Positions 9,233-18,813 of a DNA stretch of 60,313 nucleotides are shown here, in pieces; the first letter of the stretch is position 1; each line of letters begins with the position of its first letter. Both the position numbers and the translations under genes were made by a program. The notes below the pieces were generated by a model, which searched no databases, had not been told where the DNA came from, and saw only the letters and a list, made by a program, of their open reading frames with translations. This DNA comes from a virus (lineage: Duplodnaviria > Caudoviricetes): positions 1-60,313 of the IMG/VR virus record IMGVR_UViG_3300028571_001115. One strand, 5' to 3'.

Positions 9233-11665
9233 TTAGTCCTCGTCAGTGAAGCCCATCCGCCGGAGGATCTTTGCAGCCTCCCGCGTGTTGGTTTTAACCC
9301 CTTCAAACCGGTCCCCATGGCTGGCGCGCAGCTCGGCTGCCAGCCGGTGCGGGGAGACGATCTTGTTCTGGTCGACAATTCTTTGTACCGCTTCGGAGAT
9401 AACCGGATGCCCCTCAGTATCGAGTTTCTGGTGCAGTGCCGACCGAGCCTTGGCGTGCTCTGCCGAGTGTCCAGCAGCCTCGTGGCCGCGACCCCCAAAC
9501 AGGCCTGCGCGTGCCTCGCTGGTATCACTGCCGGTCGCCGCTGCCGTCGTTGCGCCAGCTGCCGCAGCTGTGATCTTGCCAAGACCGCGATCTGCGGCAA
9601 TCGCCTTTTTAGCCTCCTCGACATCGCCGCCCGATCGGTTGAGGTAGCCCTGCGTCTTCTTGGCTACTTTGCCGACGGTCTCATCGGCCATCGGGCCAGC
9701 CGGGATACCGGCGCGCCGACGCACCTCCTCGATGGCCTGGGCGCGACCTGGGCCGCCCTTGACATTCAGGGCGTGGTTCAGGGGCGACATGCCGTCGATG
9801 TGGCGCAGTTTGTCGCCAATGCTCGACAGGAGGTCGTCCTGCGCACTGTGGCGACCTGCGGCCTTGTCGAACAGGCTCTTGGACATGGTCTGGCTCGGGT
9901 CGCGCGTGAACTCCCCGGACGAGGTTTTCGGTTCAAATAAATCGCGCCCCATGGTCTGGCTCGGGTCGCGCGTGTAGGGTTGTGTTTGGTCTGCTTTTGC
10001 GAATGGAGGTTTAGATGACGACGTTACCAGATCCGATCCGGTTGCACCCCTTGGGACTGGCTGACCAAAGGCAGCCATTATCTCCTCAGGAGAACGCGCC
10101 TGTCCTTGAGGCGGAAGTGGCGGAGGTCCCCGAAGCCCGCCGTCAGGGCTTGATCGAGTGGCTTCTGCGCCAGTATCTGCCGTACGATTGGATGCCTCGC
10201 CAGTGGCAACACGAGCACGATCTCCTGGAGCATCGCCGTTTCGAGGAGTTTGTGCAAAGCCTTGACCCCCCGACTGATATTGCGAGCCGCCGCCGGGCGT
10301 ACGAGTTTCGTCACGGACAGAAAGCGCCGTTTTAGGCTGATCTGCCGCAAACGGCGGGATCTGCTTGCGCTGAATGGGCACTGGCTCGTAGGGAACGTCC
10401 TCTGCCTTGAGCTTGCGGATCGGCATGGCCGGGCGCTGCTCTGGGTCAAACCCGTCTGCACGAAGCTTGTCCTCAGCTGCGTTACGTTTGGCGTTCCTTG
10501 CCATATCCTTTGCCGATGTCGGCTGGATGGGTGCCCGCGCGGCGTTGATGAGCTTTTGTCCGCCCACGGCCATTAGCGAGCCACCAAGAAACGATGGCAG
10601 CGACTGATGTAGCGGGTCGTCAATCATGCCGGTCAAATTTTTAATGGCCTGATCGCGCGCCCGGGTGCCCGTGTCGTAGACGGCAGCATCCCACTCATCG
10701 GGCAGGGCCTTGCCTTCTAGCGCCATGCCGCCCCCAATGGCTCCGCCGGTCAGGTAGTCCTTGGTCTTGAGGGTTTGGCCTGCTGCCGTCTTTCGCACAG
10801 CGCCAATGGCAGGGATCGCAGTCCCAAGCGCGGTGAAGCCAACCATGGCTGCGGGAGCCGCCCATGGTAGCCGATCGCGAATGGGGGCCTGGGCTTGCCA
10901 TTCGTCGCCCACGCGGGTCTCTTCGTCGGCAAGTGCCTTGCGCGCAGCTTCTTTGGCTTGTGCCAGCGGCCCGCTGTTGCGGTACGTTTCGATTTGCTGA
11001 GTCAGGGTCTTGACTTGGCCACCGGCGTCTTCGCGGATTTGCTTGGCTTGCCCAGCCCTCACGCCGTTGGGCTTGTCCAGGTCCCGCAATCTCTGCTGCT
11101 GCGCATCGCGCTGCTTGATGAGGTCGTTCAGCCCCGGGTCGGTCCTATCGAGGTCCTCCAGGCTCTTGCGCATCTTTACAATTTGCGGGTTGGATGAAAC
11201 AGCATCCGACCGGCGTGTGGCTGCGCCCTGTACGCCATCGGCTGCCTCTGCCGCCGTCGTGAGGGTAGCCGAAGCCCCTGCTGCGCCAATTGCGCGTGCG
11301 CCACCAATGGCGCGCAGTATGGCTGCGGTCGGAAGCAAGCCAGCAATGGCGTTACCGGCTGAATTTGCTCCGTGCTTAGCCATGTCGCCGTATTCGCCAT
11401 TTTGATATGACGTGTACGCATCACCACCTGACTCGACGGCACGACCCAGGGACGGGATCCCCGTCAATTCAGCCCCAACGTTCCCAGCTGTCCGCGCGAA
11501 GTTGCCCGCAGTCGATTGGACAGCTGCCCACTGCTCTGGAGACAGCTCGCCGGTCATGTTGCCGCTGCCGTCGCCATAGTCCATCCCGGCAGATCCAGGG
11601 ATTGGATTGCCCATGGCGTCGTACAGCTGTTCATCGCGCACAAAGGGGGACTGGGCCGCCATCAA
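9233..11665 (-). CDS. Large Ala/Gly-rich protein, candidate internal virion/ejection protein
   Basis: 810 aa ORF downstream of portal with hydrophobic Gly/Ala segments and a coiled coil. Confidence 0.55.
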   Translation of the reverse strand: MMAAQSPFVRDEQLYDAMGNPIPGSAGMDYGDGSGNMTGELSPEQWAAVQSTAGNFARTAGNVGAELTGIPSLGRAVESGGDAYTSYQNGEYGDMAKHGANSAGNAIAGLLPTAAILRAIGGARAIGAAGASATLTTAAEAADGVQGAATRRSDAVSSNPQIVKMRKSLEDLDRTDPGLNDLIKQRDAQQQRLRDLDKPNGVRAGQAKQIREDAGGQVKTLTQQIETYRNSGPLAQAKEAARKALADEETRVGDEWQAQAPIRDRLPWAAPAAMVGFTALGTAIPAIGAVRKTAAGQTLKTKDYLTGGAIGGGMALEGKALPDEWDAAVYDTGTRARDQAIKNLTGMIDDPLHQSLPSFLGGSLMAVGGQKLINAARAPIQPTSAKDMARNAKRNAAEDKLRADGFDPEQRPAMPIRKLKAEDVPYEPVPIQRKQIPPFAADQPKTALSVRDETRTPGGGSQYQSGGQGFAQTPRNGDAPGDRARVATGEASNRTADTGAEATRSSPDGGLRGPPPLPPQGQARSPEEIMAAFGQPVPRGATGSDLVTSSSKPPFAKADQTQPYTRDPSQTMGRDLFEPKTSSGEFTRDPSQTMSKSLFDKAAGRHSAQDDLLSSIGDKLRHIDGMSPLNHALNVKGGPGRAQAIEEVRRRAGIPAGPMADETVGKVAKKTQGYLNRSGGDVEEAKKAIAADRGLGKITAAAAGATTAAATGSDTSEARAGLFGGRGHEAAGHSAEHAKARSALHQKLDTEGHPVISEAVQRIVDQNKIVSPHRLAAELRASHGDRFEGVKTNTREAAKILRRMGFTDED
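9884..9974. repeat. 25-bp direct repeat (9884-9908, 9950-9974)
   Basis: catggtctggctcgggtcgcgcgtg twice, encoding TRDPSQTM. Confidence 0.85.
10015..10335 (+). CDS. Candidate antisense-embedded small protein
   Basis: GGAGG-tttag-ATG; protein-like composition where the host frame is low complexity. Confidence 0.4.
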   Translation: MTTLPDPIRLHPLGLADQRQPLSPQENAPVLEAEVAEVPEARRQGLIEWLLRQYLPYDWMPRQWQHEHDLLEHRRFEEFVQSLDPPTDIASRRRAYEFRHGQKAPF

Positions 11666-11678
11666 ACACCTTTATCGA

Positions 11679-11948
11679 TTACTGTGGAGGCATGCCGCCA
11701 GGAGGCGGGCCACCTGGGCCTTCTATCATTGGATCCTGGGGCTGCTCATCGCCACCAAGGGCTGCCGCCAGCTCCTGGATCATCTGGGTCACCTGGGCGA
11801 GTGCCTCGGCGATAGCGGCGAGGATCTCCATGGGATCGCCGCCAGGGCCTTCAGGCATGCCGCCAGGGGCTGGACCGCCTGGGGGCATGCCTCCACCTGG
11901 AGGCATTGGTCCGCCTGGAGCGGCTGCAAACGGGCTCTGAGGAGGCAT
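11679..11948 (-). CDS. Small Gly/Pro-rich protein
   Basis: Starts 1 nt after portal stop; central helix flanked by GP repeats. Confidence 0.55.
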   Translation of the reverse strand: MPPQSPFAAAPGGPMPPGGGMPPGGPAPGGMPEGPGGDPMEILAAIAEALAQVTQMIQELAAALGGDEQPQDPMIEGPGGPPPGGMPPQ

Positions 11949-11949
11949 C

Positions 11950-14676
11950 TTACTGTCCTTGTGATGGATCGTTGCGGAGGTGGTTGAGTTTGTTGCCGCG
12001 CGGCTGCTGCGATTGCTGCTGCTTGATCTGCATGTCCTGCTGAGCCGACTGGGCCTTCATTTGCCCCTCCTGCTCCATCTGCTGACCCTCCATGGCCATC
12101 TTCTGCTGGCCCATGGCTTGTTCCTGCTCCATTGACTGTGCGTCCATGTGCATCTGCTGTTCGGACTGCACGCGCTGCATTTGCATGTCGGTCTGCATCT
12201 GCTGCTCTTGCATCTGAGCCTGACGCTGCTGGGTCTGCATCTCCAGCTCGCTCTTCTGCTGGTCGATCTGCGCCTTCATCTGCGCCTGCATATGAGCGGT
12301 CTCGGCTTTGAGCCGCGCCATCTGCTGCTCGGCCTGTAGCTTGGCCTGCTCGCGCTGCAGCTCGAACTGGTGCTTCTCCTGCTGCATCTGCATGCCCTGC
12401 TGATGCTTCTCGCGCTCGATCTGGAGCTTTTCGCGTTCGATCTGGATCTCGTTCTGGCCCTTGCCGTCTTTGCCCTCCTCGGCTGGAACCGGTAGCCCAG
12501 CCACCTGAGCGAGCGCAGGAGCCATCTGGGCGACAGCCTCCGCGATCTGCTCTGGCGGCGTGTTGCCAGACATCTGACCGCTCTGTGGGTCCATATAACC
12601 AGCAGGCGCGCCAAGGCCACGGGCGTGGGTCGCCCAGGCGTAGGCCATATGTTGGCCGATAATCGCAATCGCTGCCGGGCCGACTTGCTTCTGGACCTCG
12701 GGATTTCCCCCATACTGCGGGTTAGACATAAATGCCCACAGCACCTGAAGGTGCGCGACATGGTTCTGCTCCGGCGTGACCATCACTGGCTTGCCCAGCA
12801 TGATCGCCTGGACCTCGCCGATCGGGTCGTAGCTGATTGGTTTGGGGTCTGCTGGCAGCAGCTCGTCGATGTCGGGTACGCGCATCGCCTGCAGCATCCG
12901 CCGGGCAGCGATCTTGATCGGCACCACGCCGGTCTCGACCGCCATCTGGAACACGCCCTGCGCCTGCGCCATGCGCTGCTGCGTCGAAAAGATGTTTGGG
13001 TCCGACACCGGAATAACCGACACGCCGGGCGCGAAGTCGTCGACGTAGACCGTGCGCTGCTGGCCCGACACCTCGTAGGGGTAGCCGCCCTCCGGCACGT
13101 ACTTTTGGCACAGCTCGTAGCGCAGGCGCAGCTCGCGCCCGAGCGACGCGTGAGCCATCCGGTGGATAGTCGACATCACCTTCCCACCCTGCTCGATCAT
13201 CTGCTGGGTTGTGCCGACCGGCGCGTTTTTGGGGCTCTCGTCGCCGGTCATCAACTCAGTGGTCGCCGTAAACCGCTGCGCGGCTCCCTCAAGGTGGGCG
13301 ACCATCTGCATCAGGACCGGAGAGGGCTCCTTGACCGGCAGCGGGAAGAAGGCGTTTTTGAGGTCCTCGGTGGTCGCGTCGACCGGGATCCACTGGCCCG
13401 GCGTCGAGATAAGCCGCTGCCCCTTGATGTTGGCGTTTTTGCTGATGAAGCCGCCCGAGAGCGACGCGGACGCCGCGCTGTCGAGGAGGACGCGGATCGC
13501 GCCGGTCGCTGCCGTCTGAAGTCCGCCGATGCAGTGAAACAGGCCGAGGCCATAGAAGCCCGGCCCGGGGATGTAATCATATTTTTCGATGTAGACCTTG
13601 CGGTTGCACATCGGGTCGTCTTCGTCCCAGGCGCGATAGATCGCCAACACCTTGCGGCTGGCGCGCTCGATCGACACGACGTAACTGCGTTCCAAGCCGG
13701 TCGGCTCGCCGTTCTCGTCGACGTGGTCGTCGCCCTCCAGGTCGATGTCGATGCAGGTCTCAAAGATCTCGTAGCGGTTCGACTTGTCGTCGCCATCGGG
13801 TGCGGCGTCGCTCATCTCGTCGTTCGCCGTCATGATCTCGTCGCGCGTCTCGTCGGTCGGCAGATCGATGTCAGCCTTGCGATAGTGCTTGACAATCTGC
13901 AGGCGGGTCAGCTCGTTTTTCGACTTGAACATGCGGTGCGTGAAGCGCTGCGCAGTCTTGAGGCTGGTGGCCTCGGCAGGCACGATCAGATCATTGGCCG
14001 ACACGTAGATGCCAACGTTGCGCTGCAGGATCGGGTCGCGGTAGGTCTTGCGGAAGCTGTTGCCGTGGAACGGGACATGCCAGAGCAGACGCGAGGTCTC
14101 CTGGATGTAGGCCTCGTCCTCGATCGTCATCTCGTAGTTCATGTACTCGGCGACGCGCTCGGCCCGGGCGTTCTTGTCCTCCGTCTGCGCCCCCATCACC
14201 TTGCCCTTGCATGGGCCTTCAGGCGGGAACAGCTCGCCCATGGCACGCGCCCAGAACTGGGTGACAGCCTCGATCAGCAGGGGGTGGACGGCATTGGACG
14301 CGCCAGGGAAGGGGCCGTCGTCGATGTCGCTTTCGATTAACCCCATCATCTCAAGGCCGCGCTCAAATCGCTCACGCCACGGACGCCGCTCCTCGATGTC
14401 GTCCTCGACCATCATGGCGATGTCCTGGCCGAGTTTGTCGAGGTGGTCCTCGTCGAGCACAAGGGCGAGGTTATCGCCGTGGGTTTCGGGGGTGTCCATC
14501 AGGCTCGGCGCATTGAAGCCAGCCTCGTCGACGTTGCCGTCGGCGTCCATCTCAAACGTCGAGTGCAGTGGGTTCTCGCCCTCGCCCAGGTCGACCATGA
14601 TGTCGTTGTCAGGCATCGGCATGCCGAGATCGGCTGCCGTATAGGATTGCTGACGTGTTTGGCCGAGGCGCGGCAT
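11950..14676 (-). CDS. Portal protein (P22-like, with Q/M-rich C-terminal barrel)
   Basis: PFPGAS-AVHPLL-EAVTQF, RAERVAEYMNY, PGPGFYGLGL, LPVKEPS, PVGTT, PVSDPN. Confidence 0.9.
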   Translation of the reverse strand: MPRLGQTRQQSYTAADLGMPMPDNDIMVDLGEGENPLHSTFEMDADGNVDEAGFNAPSLMDTPETHGDNLALVLDEDHLDKLGQDIAMMVEDDIEERRPWRERFERGLEMMGLIESDIDDGPFPGASNAVHPLLIEAVTQFWARAMGELFPPEGPCKGKVMGAQTEDKNARAERVAEYMNYEMTIEDEAYIQETSRLLWHVPFHGNSFRKTYRDPILQRNVGIYVSANDLIVPAEATSLKTAQRFTHRMFKSKNELTRLQIVKHYRKADIDLPTDETRDEIMTANDEMSDAAPDGDDKSNRYEIFETCIDIDLEGDDHVDENGEPTGLERSYVVSIERASRKVLAIYRAWDEDDPMCNRKVYIEKYDYIPGPGFYGLGLFHCIGGLQTAATGAIRVLLDSAASASLSGGFISKNANIKGQRLISTPGQWIPVDATTEDLKNAFFPLPVKEPSPVLMQMVAHLEGAAQRFTATTELMTGDESPKNAPVGTTQQMIEQGGKVMSTIHRMAHASLGRELRLRYELCQKYVPEGGYPYEVSGQQRTVYVDDFAPGVSVIPVSDPNIFSTQQRMAQAQGVFQMAVETGVVPIKIAARRMLQAMRVPDIDELLPADPKPISYDPIGEVQAIMLGKPVMVTPEQNHVAHLQVLWAFMSNPQYGGNPEVQKQVGPAAIAIIGQHMAYAWATHARGLGAPAGYMDPQSGQMSGNTPPEQIAEAVAQMAPALAQVAGLPVPAEEGKDGKGQNEIQIEREKLQIEREKHQQGMQMQQEKHQFELQREQAKLQAEQQMARLKAETAHMQAQMKAQIDQQKSELEMQTQQRQAQMQEQQMQTDMQMQRVQSEQQMHMDAQSMEQEQAMGQQKMAMEGQQMEQEGQMKAQSAQQDMQIKQQQSQQPRGNKLNHLRNDPSQGQ

Positions 14677-14783
14677 TGCTGTCCCTCAAACTGGGTTTGG
14701 AAGCAGCAGCAGCAACGAGTTGTCAGTCCGGGAGCCGCCTTTCGGCGGACAAGGTCAATGGATGGTGGTATTCGTTTTGGGCG

Positions 14784-14942
14784 TCAACCCCGGCGCAGGA
14801 ACCACTCGTGCGCGTTCTTGGTCAAGATCGCGTCCTCCAGGGCGTGGTGCGGGCTCGGGTTGAGGATGTGGTCGACACGCACGTCGCCAACCAGCTGCTT
14901 CAGGTCCATAACCATCATTGGCCACCCTTTCGGCAGGTCCAT
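14784..14942 (-). pseudogene. C-terminal fragment of a DEDDh 3'-5' exonuclease (Rv2179c-like)
   Basis: Manual translation MDLPKGWPMMVMDLKQL...HHALEDA; SD AGGAG; N-terminal catalytic half absent. Confidence 0.5.
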
Positions 14943-15066
14943 CGTGATCTTCTCCTTTTTTTGATGGGGTCAGGCCAGCCCCAGACACACGGTCGCCCAA
15001 GTCCACACAGCAAGCACGTCCTGGGGCATGTCTTGGCCCCGTGCATGATCAGGCGGTTGCGGCATC

Positions 15067-15258
15067 TCACTTTTCGATTTCCATAATTCGGTCAGCTATC
15101 GTGCCGAGCTGCAGGTGGACGACGCCGTTCGGAGCCAGCTCCAAGACGTTGATGACGACGACGCCGTCACCTCGATCAAAGCAGCCACACTGATCACGCA
15201 ACGCGTCAGCGAGAATTGCCTCCAGCTGTCTCTTGCGTGTGATGTCCGGCCTCTTCAT
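15067..15258 (-). CDS. Hypothetical protein
   Basis: Short ORF in tightly packed operon. Confidence 0.45.
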   Translation of the reverse strand: MKRPDITRKRQLEAILADALRDQCGCFDRGDGVVVINVLELAPNGVVHLQLGTIADRIMEIEK

Positions 15259-15409
15259 AGGCGCACCCACTTGCGCTGCTGCGCGTACAGGGCGATGGGC
15301 GAGGCCCGGCTCATCATCGGGTGCGGACGGATCCGCAGGCTCATACGCAGGACCTCAAGGGTCGCCCGTGCCATCGGCGTCAGCCCTGTGGGTGGCTTCC
15401 AGGTGCCTG

Positions 15410-15583
15410 TCACTTTTGCACTACCTCCTCACCATTCGTCACGTCAATCAACATGGCGGTGCATTTGTCCCTCAGCCGATCCAAATCCACCCGCAGAGCA
15501 ATTGGCAAACCGCTCTTGTTGGTCGCCTCAGTAAGCGCGACGGCGACGGCCTCGACGACAGCATTGATGTTAATTTTCAACAT
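15410..15583 (-). CDS. Hypothetical protein
   Basis: AGGAG SD before MLKININ. Confidence 0.5.
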   Translation of the reverse strand: MLKININAVVEAVAVALTEATNKSGLPIALRVDLDRLRDKCTAMLIDVTNGEEVVQK

Positions 15584-15599
15584 ATTGTAAATCTCCTTT

Positions 15600-15897
15600 T
15601 TAGCCCAATGCCTCCTTGACCCGGTCATGGCGATCTTTTGGCAGGTAACAGATCAGGGTTTTGATCAGGAAGGCGGCGGCGCTTTCGGCCATCTTGTCCC
15701 CAAGCTCCAGCTTGATGTCGAGCAGGAACCGCGCCATCGCCTCGTCGAGCACGCGGCATCGACACCAGCTTGTTGCCAGCCGCCATGGTCTCGATGCCGG
15801 TCAACATGGCGTGGACGAGATGCGTTGCGGCCTCTTCGGCTCCACGGACCTCGTCCACCGACATCTTGCGCGGCTCGGGGATGGCAGGCTGGCTCAT
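15600..15897 (-). pseudogene. Hypothetical protein with apparent +1 frameshift near 15755
   Basis: Removing one C joins ...KLVSM to RVLDEAMARFLLDIKLELG...KEALG* with better codon usage. Confidence 0.5.
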
Positions 15898-15952
15898 TTA
15901 TCGTCCCATCAAAATAAATAGCGCGGCCAGGATCGGCACATAGATCAGCAGG

Positions 15953-16288
15953 TCAAGCACTGGTGTCGCCCTCGCGGTAGTGTTCGGTAGGCTGATCGGG
16001 GATCTGGTTGATCAGGGGTGGCCAGCGGCGCGAGCGGTTCAGCGTCTGCTTGTTGACCAACGCCTGGGCGACCGCCAGCGGGGTGTGACCGGCGCGCAGT
16101 GCGCCGTCGATGCCGAGCGTGATGATGTCGACCCACTGGCCGAGCGCGGCATCTGGCGTGTGCGCCTGCCGCACCTCGTCGCTTTCGCGCTCGATGTGGC
16201 GCAGCAGGCCCTCGGTGCGGTCGCCCTCGCCGAACGTTCTCTTGGACCACGCCCAGTGGTCATGGATGAAGGTGACGAGGTTGATCAC
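15953..16288 (-). CDS. DUF550 / dATP-dGTP pyrophosphohydrolase-like protein
   Basis: WSKRTFG...GLLRHIERE-DEV...WVDIITLGIDGA-RAG...R-WP. Confidence 0.75.
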   Translation of the reverse strand: MINLVTFIHDHWAWSKRTFGEGDRTEGLLRHIERESDEVRQAHTPDAALGQWVDIITLGIDGALRAGHTPLAVAQALVNKQTLNRSRRWPPLINQIPDQPTEHYREGDTSA

Positions 16289-16587
16289 TGGCTGTCCTCT
16301 GGCTGGTTGATGCGGTCCTCTGGCGGGTTGATGCGGGTCGGCTGGAACACGGCGCGGTTTGCCCACATAAAAGCTTCCTGGATCTTGGTGCGCGCCAGGG
16401 CCAGCATGCGCGGGTCGATTGGAAGATTAGCTTGCCCGGGGACGTGCGTGCCGTTCAGGCTGCCCATCTTATCGAGCTGGCGCAGCACGCGCTCCTCCAG
16501 ATCCTTGTTCTCGTTCACCAGGGCGACCTTATCGGTCGACTGGGCAGTGTAGCCCTGCACCGGCAGCGGCTTAAGGTCTTCTGTCAT
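16285..16587 (-). CDS. Acb2/Tad1-like cyclic-nucleotide sponge (anti-defence)
   Basis: GY...VALVN..K..EE and DPR-LA-ART-IQ-AFM-ANRAVFQP match the Acb2 pattern; 100 aa. Confidence 0.7.
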   Translation of the reverse strand: MTEDLKPLPVQGYTAQSTDKVALVNENKDLEERVLRQLDKMGSLNGTHVPGQANLPIDPRMLALARTKIQEAFMWANRAVFQPTRINPPEDRINQPEDSQ

Positions 16588-16925
16588 CAGGCTCTCCCAA
16601 GGGTTTTGGTGTCTTCTAGCGCTACGTCATCGAATGCGATGGCGAGCATGTTCATGGCGTCGTCGAGCGGGACGCGCGTCTCACACTCCCCACACAGACA
16701 CTCGCCGTGGAACGGCACGAGGAACCGCGTCGCGGCCCGCGCCGTTATGACCGCACCGACGTACATCATGCCGTCAGGCGACATTTTCTCCTGGCCCATC
16801 ATCACCCGTTCGAACTGCGCCGCCAGATCCCGCGCTTTCGTCGTCTCCTCGCGGGCCAGTTCCAGGCAGCGGGCCTCCATCGCCGCCCGGGCCATGGCTT
16901 TGGCGATCCCCTTGGTGATCTGCAT
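16587..16925 (-). CDS. Hypothetical protein
   Basis: GGAGG SD, coupled to next gene, CxCxxC motif. Confidence 0.55.
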   Translation of the reverse strand: MQITKGIAKAMARAAMEARCLELAREETTKARDLAAQFERVMMGQEKMSPDGMMYVGAVITARAATRFLVPFHGECLCGECETRVPLDDAMNMLAIAFDDVALEDTKTLGRA

Positions 16926-16960
16926 GTGTCGGCCTCCTGGTGATCAATGACGGAATGCGC

Positions 16961-17500
16961 TTAGCGGGGGCGCGCCCCGAGACGGCCACCCGCCGGTTTG
17001 GTGGGGGCGACCCGGCCTTGCTGGGTGCGGGTTGCGGCTGGGGCGGCGACGGGGGCGCGAAACGAGTTTGCGAGCGTACCGATGAACTGCTGTAGGCTCT
17101 GCAGGGTCGGCACGTCGCCCTTGCCCTCAGCATCCCGGATCGCGTTGGTGATCATGGTCTGCAGGTTCCAGCAGGCGCGGAACGGTGCCGCCTGCGAACT
17201 GGCGTCGAACACAAAGCACAGCCTGCCGTCGATCGCGGCGATGTCGCCATAGCCGTTGCCGACGTAGTCCATAACGGCCTGTTTGACCTGCTCGGCCCCG
17301 TAGGCGTTCATCTCGGCACTGACCTGCTCGCGCACGCTCTCCAGCGCTCGCTGGATCAGCTCATCAAGCGTTGCGGAGTTGTCGCCATTGTCGGCCCATG
17401 ACTGGGTGGCGTCGTGGGCGCGGTACTCGTCCTCGCCCAAAACAAAGTCAGGCCGCTGCCCGGCGTAATACTGGATCGCTTGTGATACGGGTGCTCGCAT
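16961..17500 (-). CDS. Hypothetical protein
   Basis: Good codon usage; preceded by late-type motif. Confidence 0.6.
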   Translation of the reverse strand: MRAPVSQAIQYYAGQRPDFVLGEDEYRAHDATQSWADNGDNSATLDELIQRALESVREQVSAEMNAYGAEQVKQAVMDYVGNGYGDIAAIDGRLCFVFDASSQAAPFRACWNLQTMITNAIRDAEGKGDVPTLQSLQQFIGTLANSFRAPVAAPAATRTQQGRVAPTKPAGGRLGARPR

Positions 17501-17554
17501 TGTTCCCTCTGAGTTGATCAATTGCGGCGACCGTGAGGTTATTCGCTCAAAACG

Positions 17555-17878
17555 TCAACTCTTGGCTGACTTTGGTCGTGGAAAACGCACCCTCAGTTGT
17601 TTCTGCCGCATGTAGACTTGATCAATTTGCGCCCGCAACAGCTTGATGATGGGGCCGGTCCCACCGAGCGATACCATGGCTGCCGCACAGGCAAGGCGAG
17701 CGGCCAGCTTAGCCTCGGCGATGGCCTTGGCCTCGGTCGGGTGGACACGGCCAGATCTGATGAGGGCGTCACAGACGTCCTCCAGCTCGTACAGCAGCGA
17801 GTTGACGACCGTCGTTGGCGTCACCACGCGCAGGAGAGAGCGTAGCCTGTCTACCTGGGGCTGTGTTTTATTCGTCAT
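17555..17878 (-). CDS. Hypothetical protein
   Basis: ORF with SD. Confidence 0.5.
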   Translation of the reverse strand: MTNKTQPQVDRLRSLLRVVTPTTVVNSLLYELEDVCDALIRSGRVHPTEAKAIAEAKLAARLACAAAMVSLGGTGPIIKLLRAQIDQVYMRQKQLRVRFPRPKSAKS

Positions 17879-17968
17879 CTGGTGCCCTCGCGAGGCCTTG
17901 CGCCAGAAGCCAGAGGAGGGTGTGGGCGGCTGGCGCGCCTACACCGATGAGGATAAGGAGGCCTGTGA

Positions 17969-18283
17969 TCATCTGGCGTACGCGCCCCCGTAAGCCGTGA
18001 TCCCCTTGCCGATGGAGTAGTTCGTGTCGGCGATGTTGCCGCGCACGCCCTTGGCTGGCGTCGTCCAGCCGGACGCCTTCAGAATGTTGCCGGTCGACAA
18101 CTCGATGAAGCAGAACACCGAACGATGGTGCTCGCCCTCGCTTTCGACGACTCGCAGGTACTTCTTGCCGCCCTTGTCGAAGGACAGGTTGAGCGTTTTG
18201 CTGCGGTGCTGGTGAACGTGGGTCTGAACGGCCTCAAGCCATGCGTTGAGCAGGGTTTGGGCGATGGTGCAATCTACTGTCAT
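17969..18283 (-). CDS. Conserved phage hypothetical protein
   Basis: GKKYLRVV...SVFCFI...GNILKASGW-TPAKGVRGNI motif; own promoter. Confidence 0.7.
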   Translation of the reverse strand: MTVDCTIAQTLLNAWLEAVQTHVHQHRSKTLNLSFDKGGKKYLRVVESEGEHHRSVFCFIELSTGNILKASGWTTPAKGVRGNIADTNYSIGKGITAYGGAYAR

Positions 18284-18310
18284 GATCTTTTCCCCTTGAT
18301 CTTATGTGAT

Positions 18311-18356
18311 GTCAGCTCATAGCTGACTATCTGACGTGTGTCAACCATTAGTTGAC
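18311..18356 (-). promoter_or_regulatory. Sigma70 promoter TTGACA-17-TATGAG covered by two 17-bp operators
   Basis: Operators at 18340-18356 (over -35) and 18311-18327 (over -10). Confidence 0.75.
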
Positions 18357-18388
18357 TAATTCAGATCGCTTTATTCCTGACGGTCACT

Positions 18389-18586
18389 TCAGCGTTGTAA
18401 AACGCTGTCTGGAGGGGTCGCCCTGAAGTCACCGGACTCTTCGTCGCCAGCCATGACGACAAGCACCGCCAAGTCCCGTCCCGTGTGTGCGCATTTCGTC
18501 TGCACAAGGCCAAGGGTGCCATCGATCGCGGCGAGGATCAGCTGCGCAAACATCCGCTTGCTTAGTTCGCTGGGTTGCTTGCTCAT
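18389..18586 (-). CDS. Hypothetical protein
   Basis: ATGA overlap with upstream ORF. Confidence 0.4.
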   Translation of the reverse strand: MSKQPSELSKRMFAQLILAAIDGTLGLVQTKCAHTGRDLAVLVVMAGDEESGDFRATPPDSVLQR

Positions 18587-18783
18587 AGTGCCCCCACAGT
18601 CAGGCCGTCGCCTTCGATGCCGTCGATGATGTTGCCGATGTAGCGAGGCTCGACGACGATGCCGTTTCGGCCCCACGTCTGCGCGTCACTGGGGATGTGC
18701 TCGTCGACCCAGTCCTCTGCGGCCTCCGTGAGCGCCTGCAGGATGCGGATCGAGCCATGGTTGGTGACAGTAAAGTCGGCCAT
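18583..18783 (-). CDS. Conserved small phage protein
   Basis: GGAG SD; NHGSI...AEDWVDEHI...VVEPRY. Confidence 0.65.
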   Translation of the reverse strand: MADFTVTNHGSIRILQALTEAAEDWVDEHIPSDAQTWGRNGIVVEPRYIGNIIDGIEGDGLTVGAL

Positions 18784-18813
18784 TTTGTCGTCTCCCAGTT
18801 TTGATGCTACCGA

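Noticed and set aside
9884-9974. DGR template/variable repeat pair
   Set aside because: Short identical in-frame repeat with no adenine-specific differences; no reverse transcriptase in the window
11990-12460. CTG/CAG-rich repeat tract
   Set aside because: Explained by the Q/M-rich portal C-terminal coiled coil
12625-14340. 571-aa plus-strand ORF and similar long antisense ORFs (4926, 25107, 47355, 59303)
   Set aside because: Shadows of high-GC genes on the other strand; no motifs or SD
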